Shown: positions 30,601-34,918 of the stretch, one piece after another
Position numbering within the stretch: the first letter of the stretch is position 1
Layout: the number at the start of each line of letters is the position of its first letter
Virus record (IMG/VR): IMGVR_UViG_3300005805_000245
Span: 1-34,918 of that record
DNA from: a virus
Lineage: Duplodnaviria; Caudoviricetes
DNA length: 34,918 nt
Reading direction: 5' to 3' (one strand)
The notes under the pieces: generated by a model
The model's input: the letters and a program-made list of their open reading frames with translations, nothing else
What the model was told of the DNA's origin: nothing
The model's database searches: none
Program-made: the position numbers and the translations under genes

Positions 30601-30611
30601 GTCTGTATCAT
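18687..30611 (-). CDS. gp7: Giant baseplate wedge initiator
   Basis: 3974 aa between gp6 and gp8. N-terminal SQLPEFI...FLKQYY and LYEAKGTEESFRILFNVLFG; internal ADNDYYQNLSYSVKS...LLHVSGLKNF, typical of cyanomyovirus gp7. Confidence 0.88.
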   Translation of the reverse strand: MIQTGFESRVKVQQIINSQLPEFILDESPKAVDFLKQYYISQEYQGGPVDISENLDQYLKVDNLTPEVVVGFTTLSTGISSSATTIEVSTTKGFPQNYGLLKIDNEIITYTGLTTNTFTGCVRGFSGITSYHQDLHSEELVFSTSSSASHVGLTTVQNLSSLFLKEFYKKIKYSLTPDLENKEFVADLNVGNFIKEARTLYEAKGTEESFRILFNVLFGETPKVIDLEQFLVKPSSATYVRRAVVVADVISGDPLKLEGQTIFKTNDSSTTASVSEVEVIRRKEKTYYKLLLFIGYDDAFPTITGTFNITGSTKNLEYVSVGSSAISVDSTIGFPESGKIYSGSNVIDYTSKSINQFFGCSGVTSGISTASVIRSDETYYGYENGDLSKKVEIRITGVLSDYTPITTNSSISVGDKITVKNVGEIIRNPENNKTYKEIFANSWIYNTSSRFYIDSFSSGSISQVTLKSSIDKSNLKVGDYIDILNRDSQTIVVSNLRITAISGKQITTAQSFTLSSGASYDVRRRIKNVNTSIVPLEFTPTIADIQNVYNENDDYMYVASNSLPSYQITKSLFSYNAIGVSGQDEDTGLYSIITFFEKVSFITGNEIYYKPSGTSISGLPEGVYFVEVLPGQLQIRLYASRSVIGTSDYLTFGSLTSGTHNFVLNSQKEQLLSPQKILRKFPLSVNIGDGQSDLTIPGAVGLLVNGVEILNYKTNDKVYYGPLKSVRVLNGGKDYDVINPPLLSLSSGIGSVQPVIKGSVKKVFVDPQDFNIDVVVSIALTGGNGFGAVFEPVIERKRREIEFDARQISDGGGIDITNETITFLTKHNLINGQPVVYRPGNNSALGIGTFKGSNTSTGNTLKDESTYYVKFISDTTIQLYQSSSDYTAGINTVGFTTIGNSGIHKFATEPKNTLTQIKVLNEGQGYTNRKLRVLPTGISTTNNTISFTSHGFSDGELITYSYTGNSITGLSTTKQYYVIKVDNNTFRLSDAGIGGTVRADYDRRKFIKLGETSGTGYHIFNYPEITFKVEYGAVGLGSTQFRGSINATPIIRGEIVDAYVYNEGSDYGSTILNYHKKPSITVKNGKNAQFKPIIVNGTIQDISVQYSGSEYYSTPDINVSGIGTGAVLKPVIVNNKITDVIVISSGVGYSTSNTSITVTSAGKNVIFDPQVRSLDINNNVLYNDANSTSSEANELIKSSYNNLQYSICGYSQVVQSDFGDDGTKHSPIIGWAYDGNPIYGSYGYSNPKDKNSSLKKLTSGYTLDVSNVSNRPSGFSAGFFIDDYKFTNSGDLDEYNGRYCVTPEFPNGVYAYFATSIIDNQNNVVGSFPYFIGDRYRSKFISENTSLNQSFNFNNSKLIRNTFPYKVNDLYANNDFITESNEVVNQVTVVESVTSGSIDDFEIVKSGNNYRVGDTLEFDESETQGGGLIAQVFEINGKDIVDIQTSTTSYDDAVFTWENGNQVKAKISPRHSLGNLDYVSVSGFSTSLSVLNGFHQIGVTSYTSSLIKDLPSSSGSGIVTDIYISNVPKNISIGSSIGIGTETLSVLNIFDVQNIIRVLRGVSGTGHTATTPIYFIPDTFIIDKSVNYFDSKNNDLVYFNPKQSVGVGTTSGVGVAVTYNVGIQTNNIISIPTQSIYLPNHPFKTNQLVTLIKPSSASAISVANTSESSAFNLPFSGDSQTVFVIRKSVDYIGIVTQVGLTTSTNGLFFLSNGSDTYQYLLQSNYSQVKGDIEKITSRVSLSTSHSLSSGDSITLSINPNLSVGVGTSTAVKVTRDISTGYPLINNIGFSSSGINTSTNTITLNSHKLKTGDKVKYSANLVASGLSTGFYFVYKVDDNNIKLAETYIDCVETTPPNTVSIASTGGTLQNISLVNPSLNVVRNNNLVFDLTDSSLSGYTFKVFYDKDFKDEFVSTGSTNTISVSGVGTVGVSTNSSLTINYSQELPSILFYSLEKSGYISTADTEVQNYSQINFIDSYYNGSYKVSGIGSTTFDISLTKSPEKNSYARSECDIIKYTTNSTSDFGGVSKVRTISPGVNFKKLPVFEGIGSTSGTGAYIIPKSNTIGKINQIKIINEGFEYSSDKTLQPEASLPKSVTIKNSNTLNEVTVIDGGKNYTSAPNLVIVNTDTGEKIDSGLLVANYYGNSIFSVSVVQPPKGLPESNVTIRATNNTNGIGIQTVQSSSSGIVTCLLVTPLTGFSTEPFTTGDKIYVEGIEKYGSEGDGFNSEDYGYRFFTVSNYLNGGTTLARKLEFSLSGFSTNIGIAKTTQGLYGSAINYNNYPRFEVVQNFAQFIIGEILEVKTDIGFSQEDLRIVESNENYIKVSGNYDLQKNQIIRGSQSGSIATVDSINTSTGKFNINYASNQRIGWSDDIGKLDEDTQVIADNDYYQNLSYSVKSEQEWTNIVSPVNGLLHVSGLKNFADTQITNNVGVGTTTVEEYTTVLFDIIDENRVDTINNFDLVFDVDTLGDSSRFLKFTSKRLADYIECRTNRVLEIDDISDEFSNNDQDIETSSKITEIIESRKYNRYLVQISDKDYSTYQLTEVIVLNDNDPTEPDIFTLERGTLNVGFSSEISYTTNQLGDISGYVDNLGSHYLKFDPEDPYNTTYNIKYVNTSFGNFATGVGSTSVGFVNLSGITSTVSTGSTANILQSSQSLIKSVYSEFHLIDNVTNEMNYVELFLDHDGTNTNLSEFYFDTGTGGSSNFIGTFGASIDGGILSLNYTNTSNNSVTIRSRNVGFGTTAVGVGTYRFKASGQPDNSEKTVWYNSSYSNVSASSSIASFDITEFTSLKSLIKVSIGQTSALHQVLMISNGTNTYTTQYPFLSVNTNSGIGTFGGEVSGSTASLKFYPDNNFVGTFEILNFNQIFYSQNDYAIENTPLNLEYHNVIESVGVSKYYAVNSDELNKLDFDMFYNGTPIFMKTFNPSDSSILDLSTGQFSINNHFFSTGEELIYRPNSTFFGITPVSVGIGSTLNYVGVVTDILPTTVYAIKDNNDKFRIATRKEYATSGIAVTFTSIGAGNAHELEMVKKNEKSIISINNIIQAPIAYSLLNYTVNNDTQIGSASTIFALSGISSIIPGDILKIDNEYMKVVNVGLGTTYAGPISFAGTFPLVNVRRGFVGSASTTHSNSSSVNLYRGSFNIAKNKVYFTEAPQGSFEDQLFGDNDNLPEDKAYFNGRVFLRTDYTSNQVYDNISENFTGIGQTYTLTVGGGNTVGLGTSGGNGIVIINGIFQTPTTENNTNNNFRIVENTSVGISSIIFSGITSSNGSVIISQSDVNMNQLPRGGIIVSLGSTPGLGYAPLVGASVTAIIGVGGSITSIGIGTTGNWGSGYRNPVSIAVTEYGHTGSAATITANVGAGGTLAFTIVGGGSGYTNPTINISPPNYSNLSVTGVSRLSIGATTDCGIGLLLNVEVGASSTTGIGSTMFEVTGFKVTRSGYGFKKGDVIKAVGLVTASGLSQPISDFELTILETFSDSFSSWQFGELDYIDSIEALQDGARTRFPLYYNSQLLSFEKGPSSDSQLIDFASLLLIFINGILQKPGVSYQFEGGTSFVFAEPPKAEDNVSIFFYRGSAQDSTSINVFETIKEGDTVQVFSNNNSLGITTTQNSRTVSEITTSDKIKTNIYLEQGIDINNQKPLYWTKQKVDKIIDGEVVSKARDSIEPQIYPTAKIIKNFSTTDTEVFVDNAQFFNYENVSSPQIDFDALIVSGSADPVSAAVTAIVSANGTIQNLSIVNAGSGYTGSSVTVKISAPKQIGVGIGTTATANISVVNGSLSTPISITNSGFGYSVSRPPQVIVPLPDLTYENITSVTTVEGFSGNITGIGTTGGIGTPLSITFTLDSSLSPFTGLSAGYPIYIFDTIVGNGVTSIYTSDAEKIGIGTTCVDNIYNVSAFDSSVGIVTCNILSTTSVVGLATTGSIVGKISWGRLSGFSRSSSPVSIAVSGFTINSGLTTLPTIQRRGYGLRNIGPIKKTL

Positions 30612-30612
30612 A

Positions 30613-32553
30613 TTATGACCTCGTTAATTCCCCGTTCGAATAGCTTGATCTATAATAGTCGTTTGTAGAAAAAACGACTCCAGATACGTCATCACCAGAA
30701 GCAATGACATCTTTAATCATATTTATTTTGCTTTTTGAAATGCTAAAAGACAAATATAAATCCTTCAATCCAATAACATCATTAGATTCTGGGAAGGCTT
30801 GAATTTCTATAATATCTTGACTTAGTTCCGTAGATACAATCGTTATTGCTCCTAAAAGGATTTCTCCCGTTTCATAATTTATAGTCCCTGCAGATTGAAC
30901 CACAACAGGTGTTTGAAGAGTTGCGGTTGTTCCTACACCAACTAAAACAGGAGTTTGTTTTATGATTGAAATAACACCCTTTCCTGTTAAAGTTCCATCA
31001 GAATTTTTAGAAGGAGTATCTGTAAAATAAACCGTGCTTGGTTCTCCTAAAATATGAAATCCTGTTGATTTGATATTTTTTCCTTCTGGATTAATATGAA
31101 ACTTATTTCCATAACAAATTTCATATTGAGTTGGTGAATTTATTTTTGCTTTTAAATCTCTTCTAATTCTAACTTTAGTAATATTTGATGTTACTGCAGT
31201 GTCAGTATTGTCAATGACTTGTAAAACTTTACTATATTTGAATCTGCCACCAAATGCATTTAGATCAGTTGATTGTGCATATGAATTTAAAGACTTAATA
31301 ACATTTGTCTTTAAGTTTTCTACACTTGAAACCTGTGCATAATTATAATAAATTGATGAATCAATTTCAACATACAATATTTTTAAATCAATAATTTCTG
31401 GATTTACTCCAGCAACACTATATTGCTTCAGTTTATTTTTGATTTCTTGTTTATTAAAGTCAGATACAAAGGTTCCATTTTTTGGTTTGATACTAATAAA
31501 AACTTTACCAAACTGAGGTGGAGTTAGTTCTTCACCACCGACAACAGAGACAGATTCTGTTTCTGGATATATTTTTGATTTGATAATTGATTCATAATCT
31601 CTCGCAGTTACTGCCCTATATTGAGATGCATAAAGTCTAGGGGCAAAATTACGAACTGAATCAATACTTTCAATGTCAGACCCATTTTGAGACGATTCAA
31701 TTGTGGTAACAGTTATTGTATTATCTGGAATTTCGATAGCATCGCTTTCATTTTTGAACGTTCCGGCAAAAGTAAATGAAGTGGCACCATTACCATCCTT
31801 ACCATCAGTAATAATATAAGTTACAGTAATTACAGCATTATTTTCAAGTTTTTTTCCAAATCTCCCATCACCAAAAAGAAGTTCATATTTTTCATCTTTG
31901 ATTTCTTGAATCAAATAAATTTTTGAAGTTGCATCTACTTCAAAAATATTGTCAGCAAGAGTATATGGATTTCCAAGTCCTGTGTCACCTGGACCTTTTA
32001 CATAAACACGAATTGTAGATGTATCGATATAAGCATTATCTAAAATAAATTTTTGATCTAAAGATCCATCAACAATGAATTGTTTTCTTAAAAATGTTCC
32101 TTGTTTAATAGTTAAATTATTAAACGATGCTACACCATTCGATACGGTCGCTGTAGTGTTGTCTGGAATGGAAAAGATATAAGATGACCCACTTGCAGTT
32201 CCCGTGCATACAAGACCTGCCTGGAGCGTTACAGTTGATGTAGAACTTTTTGGTTGAACTGAGAAAGAAATTGAAGCACTTGCAGCAGTTCTAGATTTTG
32301 GAACATAACCAATATTCCTTGCAAGTGAAACCACATTTTCTCTTAAAGTAGCAGAATCCAGAAAGGATTCATTAACTACCATATTTGAATTAAATGCAGT
32401 AATGTATGTATTATACGCAAGGGCGTCAATCAAAACAGAAAAATTAGACCCCTCAAAGTCAAAATCCGTGAAATTTGAATTTGCACGAAGATAGTCTTTG
32501 ATTGAGGTCTTTATCTGATCAAAATCTAGATTAGTAAATTTAGTGAAAGGCAT
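30613..32553 (-). CDS. gp6: Baseplate wedge subunit
   Basis: LDFDQIKTSIKDYLR...FTDFDFEGSNFSVLIDALAYNTY...ESFLDSATLRENVVSLARNIGYVP...FGDG...QYRAVTARDYE. Confidence 0.96.
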   Translation of the reverse strand: MPFTKFTNLDFDQIKTSIKDYLRANSNFTDFDFEGSNFSVLIDALAYNTYITAFNSNMVVNESFLDSATLRENVVSLARNIGYVPKSRTAASASISFSVQPKSSTSTVTLQAGLVCTGTASGSSYIFSIPDNTTATVSNGVASFNNLTIKQGTFLRKQFIVDGSLDQKFILDNAYIDTSTIRVYVKGPGDTGLGNPYTLADNIFEVDATSKIYLIQEIKDEKYELLFGDGRFGKKLENNAVITVTYIITDGKDGNGATSFTFAGTFKNESDAIEIPDNTITVTTIESSQNGSDIESIDSVRNFAPRLYASQYRAVTARDYESIIKSKIYPETESVSVVGGEELTPPQFGKVFISIKPKNGTFVSDFNKQEIKNKLKQYSVAGVNPEIIDLKILYVEIDSSIYYNYAQVSSVENLKTNVIKSLNSYAQSTDLNAFGGRFKYSKVLQVIDNTDTAVTSNITKVRIRRDLKAKINSPTQYEICYGNKFHINPEGKNIKSTGFHILGEPSTVYFTDTPSKNSDGTLTGKGVISIIKQTPVLVGVGTTATLQTPVVVQSAGTINYETGEILLGAITIVSTELSQDIIEIQAFPESNDVIGLKDLYLSFSISKSKINMIKDVIASGDDVSGVVFSTNDYYRSSYSNGELTRS

Positions 32554-32554
32554 T

Positions 32555-32956
32555 TTATCTTGTTGCCTCTAATATAAATGAAAACTGTTGTGTTGGAATT
32601 TCTTGCCCAATAATATCAAAAGTAATAGTAACTTCAAATTCATTTAAATCAGGTATTGGATCTACCTGAACAATCACACCATCTACTCTTGGTTCATAAT
32701 TAGAAATAACTTCAATAATTTGATCTTGAATTACAGAAGCAGTTCCATAATCAACAAATTCAAATAAACTTCTTCTTACATTTGAACCAAGAGAAGAATT
32801 GAAAAATCTTTCTGTAGGTATTGTTTCAACTAAATTACGAACCGAACGAATTATCGCTCTTTCATTGACCAAAACTGGTAGATCCTTCGTTACAGGATGA
32901 GGATCAAAAGATAAACTGATATCTTTAAAAGATCTAGATATCCTAGTAACTGACAT
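32555..32956 (-). CDS. gp25: Baseplate wedge subunit / sheath initiator
   Basis: FKDISLSF..HPVTKD...AIIRSVRNLV.T...ERFFNSSLGS...YEPRV (GPW/gp25 family). Confidence 0.95.
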   Translation of the reverse strand: MSVTRISRSFKDISLSFDPHPVTKDLPVLVNERAIIRSVRNLVETIPTERFFNSSLGSNVRRSLFEFVDYGTASVIQDQIIEVISNYEPRVDGVIVQVDPIPDLNEFEVTITFDIIGQEIPTQQFSFILEATR

Positions 32957-32978
32957 TTTGAAATATATTTTCTTTACT

Positions 32979-32986
32979 TATTTATG
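32979..32986 (-). promoter_or_regulatory. Late promoter (CATAAATA) heading the baseplate operon
   Basis: 7/8 match to TATAAATA in the gap, 22 bp upstream of gp25. Confidence 0.7.
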
Positions 32987-32987
32987 A

Positions 32988-33230
32988 CTATTTCCATGAA
33001 GATCCGAATGTTGGTTCAGTTCCATATTCCCAATCATCATAGTCTTCATCGTTTCTAATTTTTTCATGCAACTCAGTTTGTTTTTTTAAATCATGTTTTG
33101 GTGCAAGATCATGCACAATTTCTTGAAGCACTCTTTTTTGGTGAGAATAACCATAGTCAGTGACTAATCTTGAAGTTCCCCACATTTCTCTCATATAATT
33201 AGAGTCCCTATCAACTGGTAAATTAGACAT
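32988..33230 (-). CDS. Conserved hypothetical, 80 aa with an acidic C-terminus
   Basis: AGGAG RBS 5 nt upstream of the ATG; ORF fills the gap; ends EDYDDWEYGTEP. Confidence 0.75.
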   Translation of the reverse strand: MSNLPVDRDSNYMREMWGTSRLVTDYGYSHQKRVLQEIVHDLAPKHDLKKQTELHEKIRNDEDYDDWEYGTEPTFGSSWK

Positions 33231-33233
33231 TTT

Positions 33234-33300
33234 AGCTCCTGTTTTAATGAATAAAACAGAACTTTTATAAAGGAGGTTGCTATCTCCTTATTTCTATTTA
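33234..33300 (-). promoter_or_regulatory. Structured leader with two hairpins, the second occluding the RBS of the 80-aa gene
   Basis: Inverted repeats AAGGAG/CTCCTT (33270-33289) and CTGTTTTA/TAAAACAG (33239-33259, extendable over GGAG). TAAATA at 33295-33300 and TATAAAAG at 33262-33269. Confidence 0.6.
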
Positions 33301-33639
33301 ACGGTCTACTTCACGCAATGAATATGAGTCAGAATTGAGATATTTTAATAGTTCAAGAGCGATTAATTTTGGATTTCCTTCACCACAAGTGTAGACATCA
33401 ACCGCCAAACATCCATTTTCTGGCCAAGTATGACAAGAAACATGACTCTCTGCAAGTGAAATGACGACTGTACACCCTTGTGGAAGAAAACAATGCGAAA
33501 ATACGTTCAAAATCGTCATTTTTGCACGATCAATGCCTCTAATCATGACGTTTTGTAGAGATTCTACGTCATTAATCAGGTCAAAGTCCACGTTATACAC
33601 CTCTAACAGCAGGTGTTTACCCATTGAAAAGCGTTCCAA
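33298..33639 (-). CDS. speD: S-adenosylmethionine decarboxylase proenzyme family (pyruvoyl-dependent); substrate not certain
   Basis: GKHLL...PQG.T....LAESHVSCHTWPE...DVYTCG; intact E|SH self-cleavage site. Start is TTG at 33639 or ATG at 33624. Confidence 0.9.
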   Translation of the reverse strand: MERFSMGKHLLLEVYNVDFDLINDVESLQNVMIRGIDRAKMTILNVFSHCFLPQGCTVVISLAESHVSCHTWPENGCLAVDVYTCGEGNPKLIALELLKYLNSDSYSLREVDR

Positions 33640-33660
33640 CTCAATTTTTTAGTAAAAAAT

Positions 33661-34317
33661 TTATTTATTTTGTTTTTCCTGAGGAGTTTGCCAAAAATAT
33701 TCATCAGTATCACCCAATCTACCCCATCGAATACCTTGTTCAATCTGAAAAGTAGTGGTTGAAGTCAAGAAATCTGGTATTTTTGGTTCATCCAGAGTCA
33801 AAGAAAGATCATACATCTTCATTCTATTGGTTGGATAGAGTGCAAATTGACCATTTTCAAGTTCGATGCAGTTGTGAGACTTGTGTTCATCGGGCATTTC
33901 ACTCACATCAGTGTCAACAGTATCTAAATCAGCATGATAATTGTCTAAAGTGAAGTGATATTTACCCTTAATAACTCCAAAATTACGAGAAAAGACTTCA
34001 AAATCCATATGTTTGATAAATTGCTTCTCAATACAAATGATTCCATAGTCCATACAATTCCAAAACTGTAGATTCGAAAGATCTAAATCGGGTTCTGGAG
34101 TTTTTGGAGACGAAACAAATGCCGAAATTGGCAGTTTATCATACATCGCACCATATTCAGGTAGATAAGTCTCAAAATAAAAAGCACGTCCAGGTATGCT
34201 CTTTGCAGCAACCCAGACTCCCTCTACAAATTCACCATGACCGTCTTTAAGATCTCTAAGATATTCTTTACGAACCCATACTTTAATCATGGGTAAATTT
34301 GTAACTAGTTGACTCAT
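33661..34317 (-). CDS. Conserved phage hypothetical protein
   Basis: 218 aa; KVWVRKEYL.D...GHGEF...YDKLPISAF...LQFWNC...EHKSHN..ELENGQFALYP.NR, a family I recognise from aquatic phages, function unknown. Confidence 0.8.
   Translation of the reverse strand: MSQLVTNLPMIKVWVRKEYLRDLKDGHGEFVEGVWVAAKSIPGRAFYFETYLPEYGAMYDKLPISAFVSSPKTPEPDLDLSNLQFWNCMDYGIICIEKQFIKHMDFEVFSRNFGVIKGKYHFTLDNYHADLDTVDTDVSEMPDEHKSHNCIELENGQFALYPTNRMKMYDLSLTLDEPKIPDFLTSTTTFQIEQGIRWGRLGDTDEYFWQTPQEKQNK
33662..33669 (-). promoter_or_regulatory. Possible late promoter (AATAAATA) for speD
   Basis: 7/8 match overlapping the stop of the upstream gene, about 22 bp before the speD TTG; the AT-rich context lowers significance. 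Confidence 0.4.
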
Positions 34318-34321
34318 TGAA

Positions 34322-34750
34322 CTAAAAATCCCGTTCAGAAGGTATGTAATACATTGTTAGTTCTTCTCCAGCAGCAATATTCACCTGAGAGTAAATATCT
34401 CCACTTCTACGATTCCAAAAACAATTTGGTGTATCGGAATGATTGATGTAATATTGTTGATAAAACATAAACGGAGGAGCATCAACATAAAATTTATTGT
34501 CGTATCCGTCCGTCATTCCCCACAAATAGGTTTTAATTCGATCATCTAAATCTTTAAATTCATTCCAGTCAAATAAAAAATCTTCTTCATCTTGACCAGT
34601 GAATTCAATGAAATGACGGAATCCCATGATTAAAGTATCTTTAGGAATATCAATCAATGCAAAGACACCAACACCTGCACCAGGTATTTGACTTGGTGCA
34701 AGTTTAGTTTGATGTTTATAAATCAGTCTTTTGACATCTTCACGATTCAT
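34322..34750 (-). CDS. SET-domain protein (putative lysine methyltransferase)
   Basis: All three SET signature motifs: SQIPGAGVGVFALIDIPKDT, YINHSDTPN and IAAGEELTMYY; no post-SET cysteines. Confidence 0.9.
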   Translation of the reverse strand: MNREDVKRLIYKHQTKLAPSQIPGAGVGVFALIDIPKDTLIMGFRHFIEFTGQDEEDFLFDWNEFKDLDDRIKTYLWGMTDGYDNKFYVDAPPFMFYQQYYINHSDTPNCFWNRRSGDIYSQVNIAAGEELTMYYIPSERDF

Positions 34751-34902
34751 CCTTTTCCTTGTCCACGATACTTCTTTCTCGCCCCATTACGAGAAGACGC
34801 AGCATATTTAGTTCCGTCTCCATCTCCCTGACGAGACTTCTTAGGACGCCCAGGAATATAAGAACTGTTCTTATTCAGTCCACCTTTTGCTTTTGCAGCC
34901 AT
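34747..34902 (-). CDS. 51-aa Lys/Arg/Gly-rich basic peptide (not in the ORF track)
   Basis: Manual translation MAAKAKGGLNKNSSYIPGRPKKSRQGDGDGTKYAASSRNGARKKYRGQGKG*. GGAG RBS 8 nt upstream; the TGA stop overlaps the SET ATG (ATGA). Confidence 0.85.
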   Translation of the reverse strand: MAAKAKGGLNKNSSYIPGRPKKSRQGDGDGTKYAASSRNGARKKYRGQGKG

Positions 34903-34918
34903 ACGTTATTCTCCACTA

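Noticed and set aside
33270-33289. Hairpin after speD as an intrinsic terminator
   Set aside because: Only a very short U run follows on the coding strand; reported as part of the structured leader instead.
33643-33661. Inverted repeat AATTTTTT-AGT-AAAAAATT upstream of speD
   Set aside because: A/T-only stem in an AT-rich gap; too weak to call a terminator or operator.
502-33953. All plus-strand ORFs in the track (e.g. 502-687, 626-829, 1242-1601, 1845-2075, 4016-4216, 5112-5384, 6808-7047, 18589-18951, 21496-21693, 25210-25434, 33461-33652, 33759-33953)
   Set aside because: They lie antisense to well-supported minus-strand genes, are short and have no recognisable motifs; treated as shadow ORFs.
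1-34918. CRISPR arrays, tRNAs, rRNAs, DGR/reverse transcriptase, inteins
   Set aside because: Intergenic gaps are all under about 70 bp with no repeat-spacer arrays or cloverleaf motifs, and I saw no RT or intein motifs in the translations. Long nucleotide repeats within the giant genes cannot be excluded without a dot-plot.

Overview
Late (structural) region of an AT-rich T4-like myovirus with cyanomyovirus-type gene order. Every credible gene is on the minus strand. In transcription order (right to left): a 51-aa basic peptide (not in the ORF track), a SET-domain methyltransferase, a conserved hypothetical, an SpeD-family pyruvoyl decarboxylase, an 80-aa hypothetical behind a structured leader, baseplate gp25, gp6, a 3974-aa gp7, gp8, a 2394-aa VrlC-like virion protein, small ORFs including an unlisted 57-aa NblA-like protein, neck gp13 and gp14, gp15, small terminase gp16, a 773-aa modular protein, a 104-aa protein starting with a T4 capsid-targeting-like sequence, a 438-aa virion-type protein, an HNH/NUMOD endonuclease and the 5' part of large terminase gp17. 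Several TATAAATA-type late promoters are present. Most notable: (1) the HNH gene appears to have inserted at codon 7 of gp17, leaving the old start as a 7-codon stub while supplying a new recoded start, RBS and late promoter; (2) a SET methyltransferase is translationally coupled to a histone-tail-like peptide, two genes upstream of speD; (3) the 773-aa protein may be a protease-processed internal-head polyprotein; (4) a G-[IVLF]-[GSTA]-T motif is spread across the external virion proteins. All family assignments come from motif recognition by eye, with no database searches.
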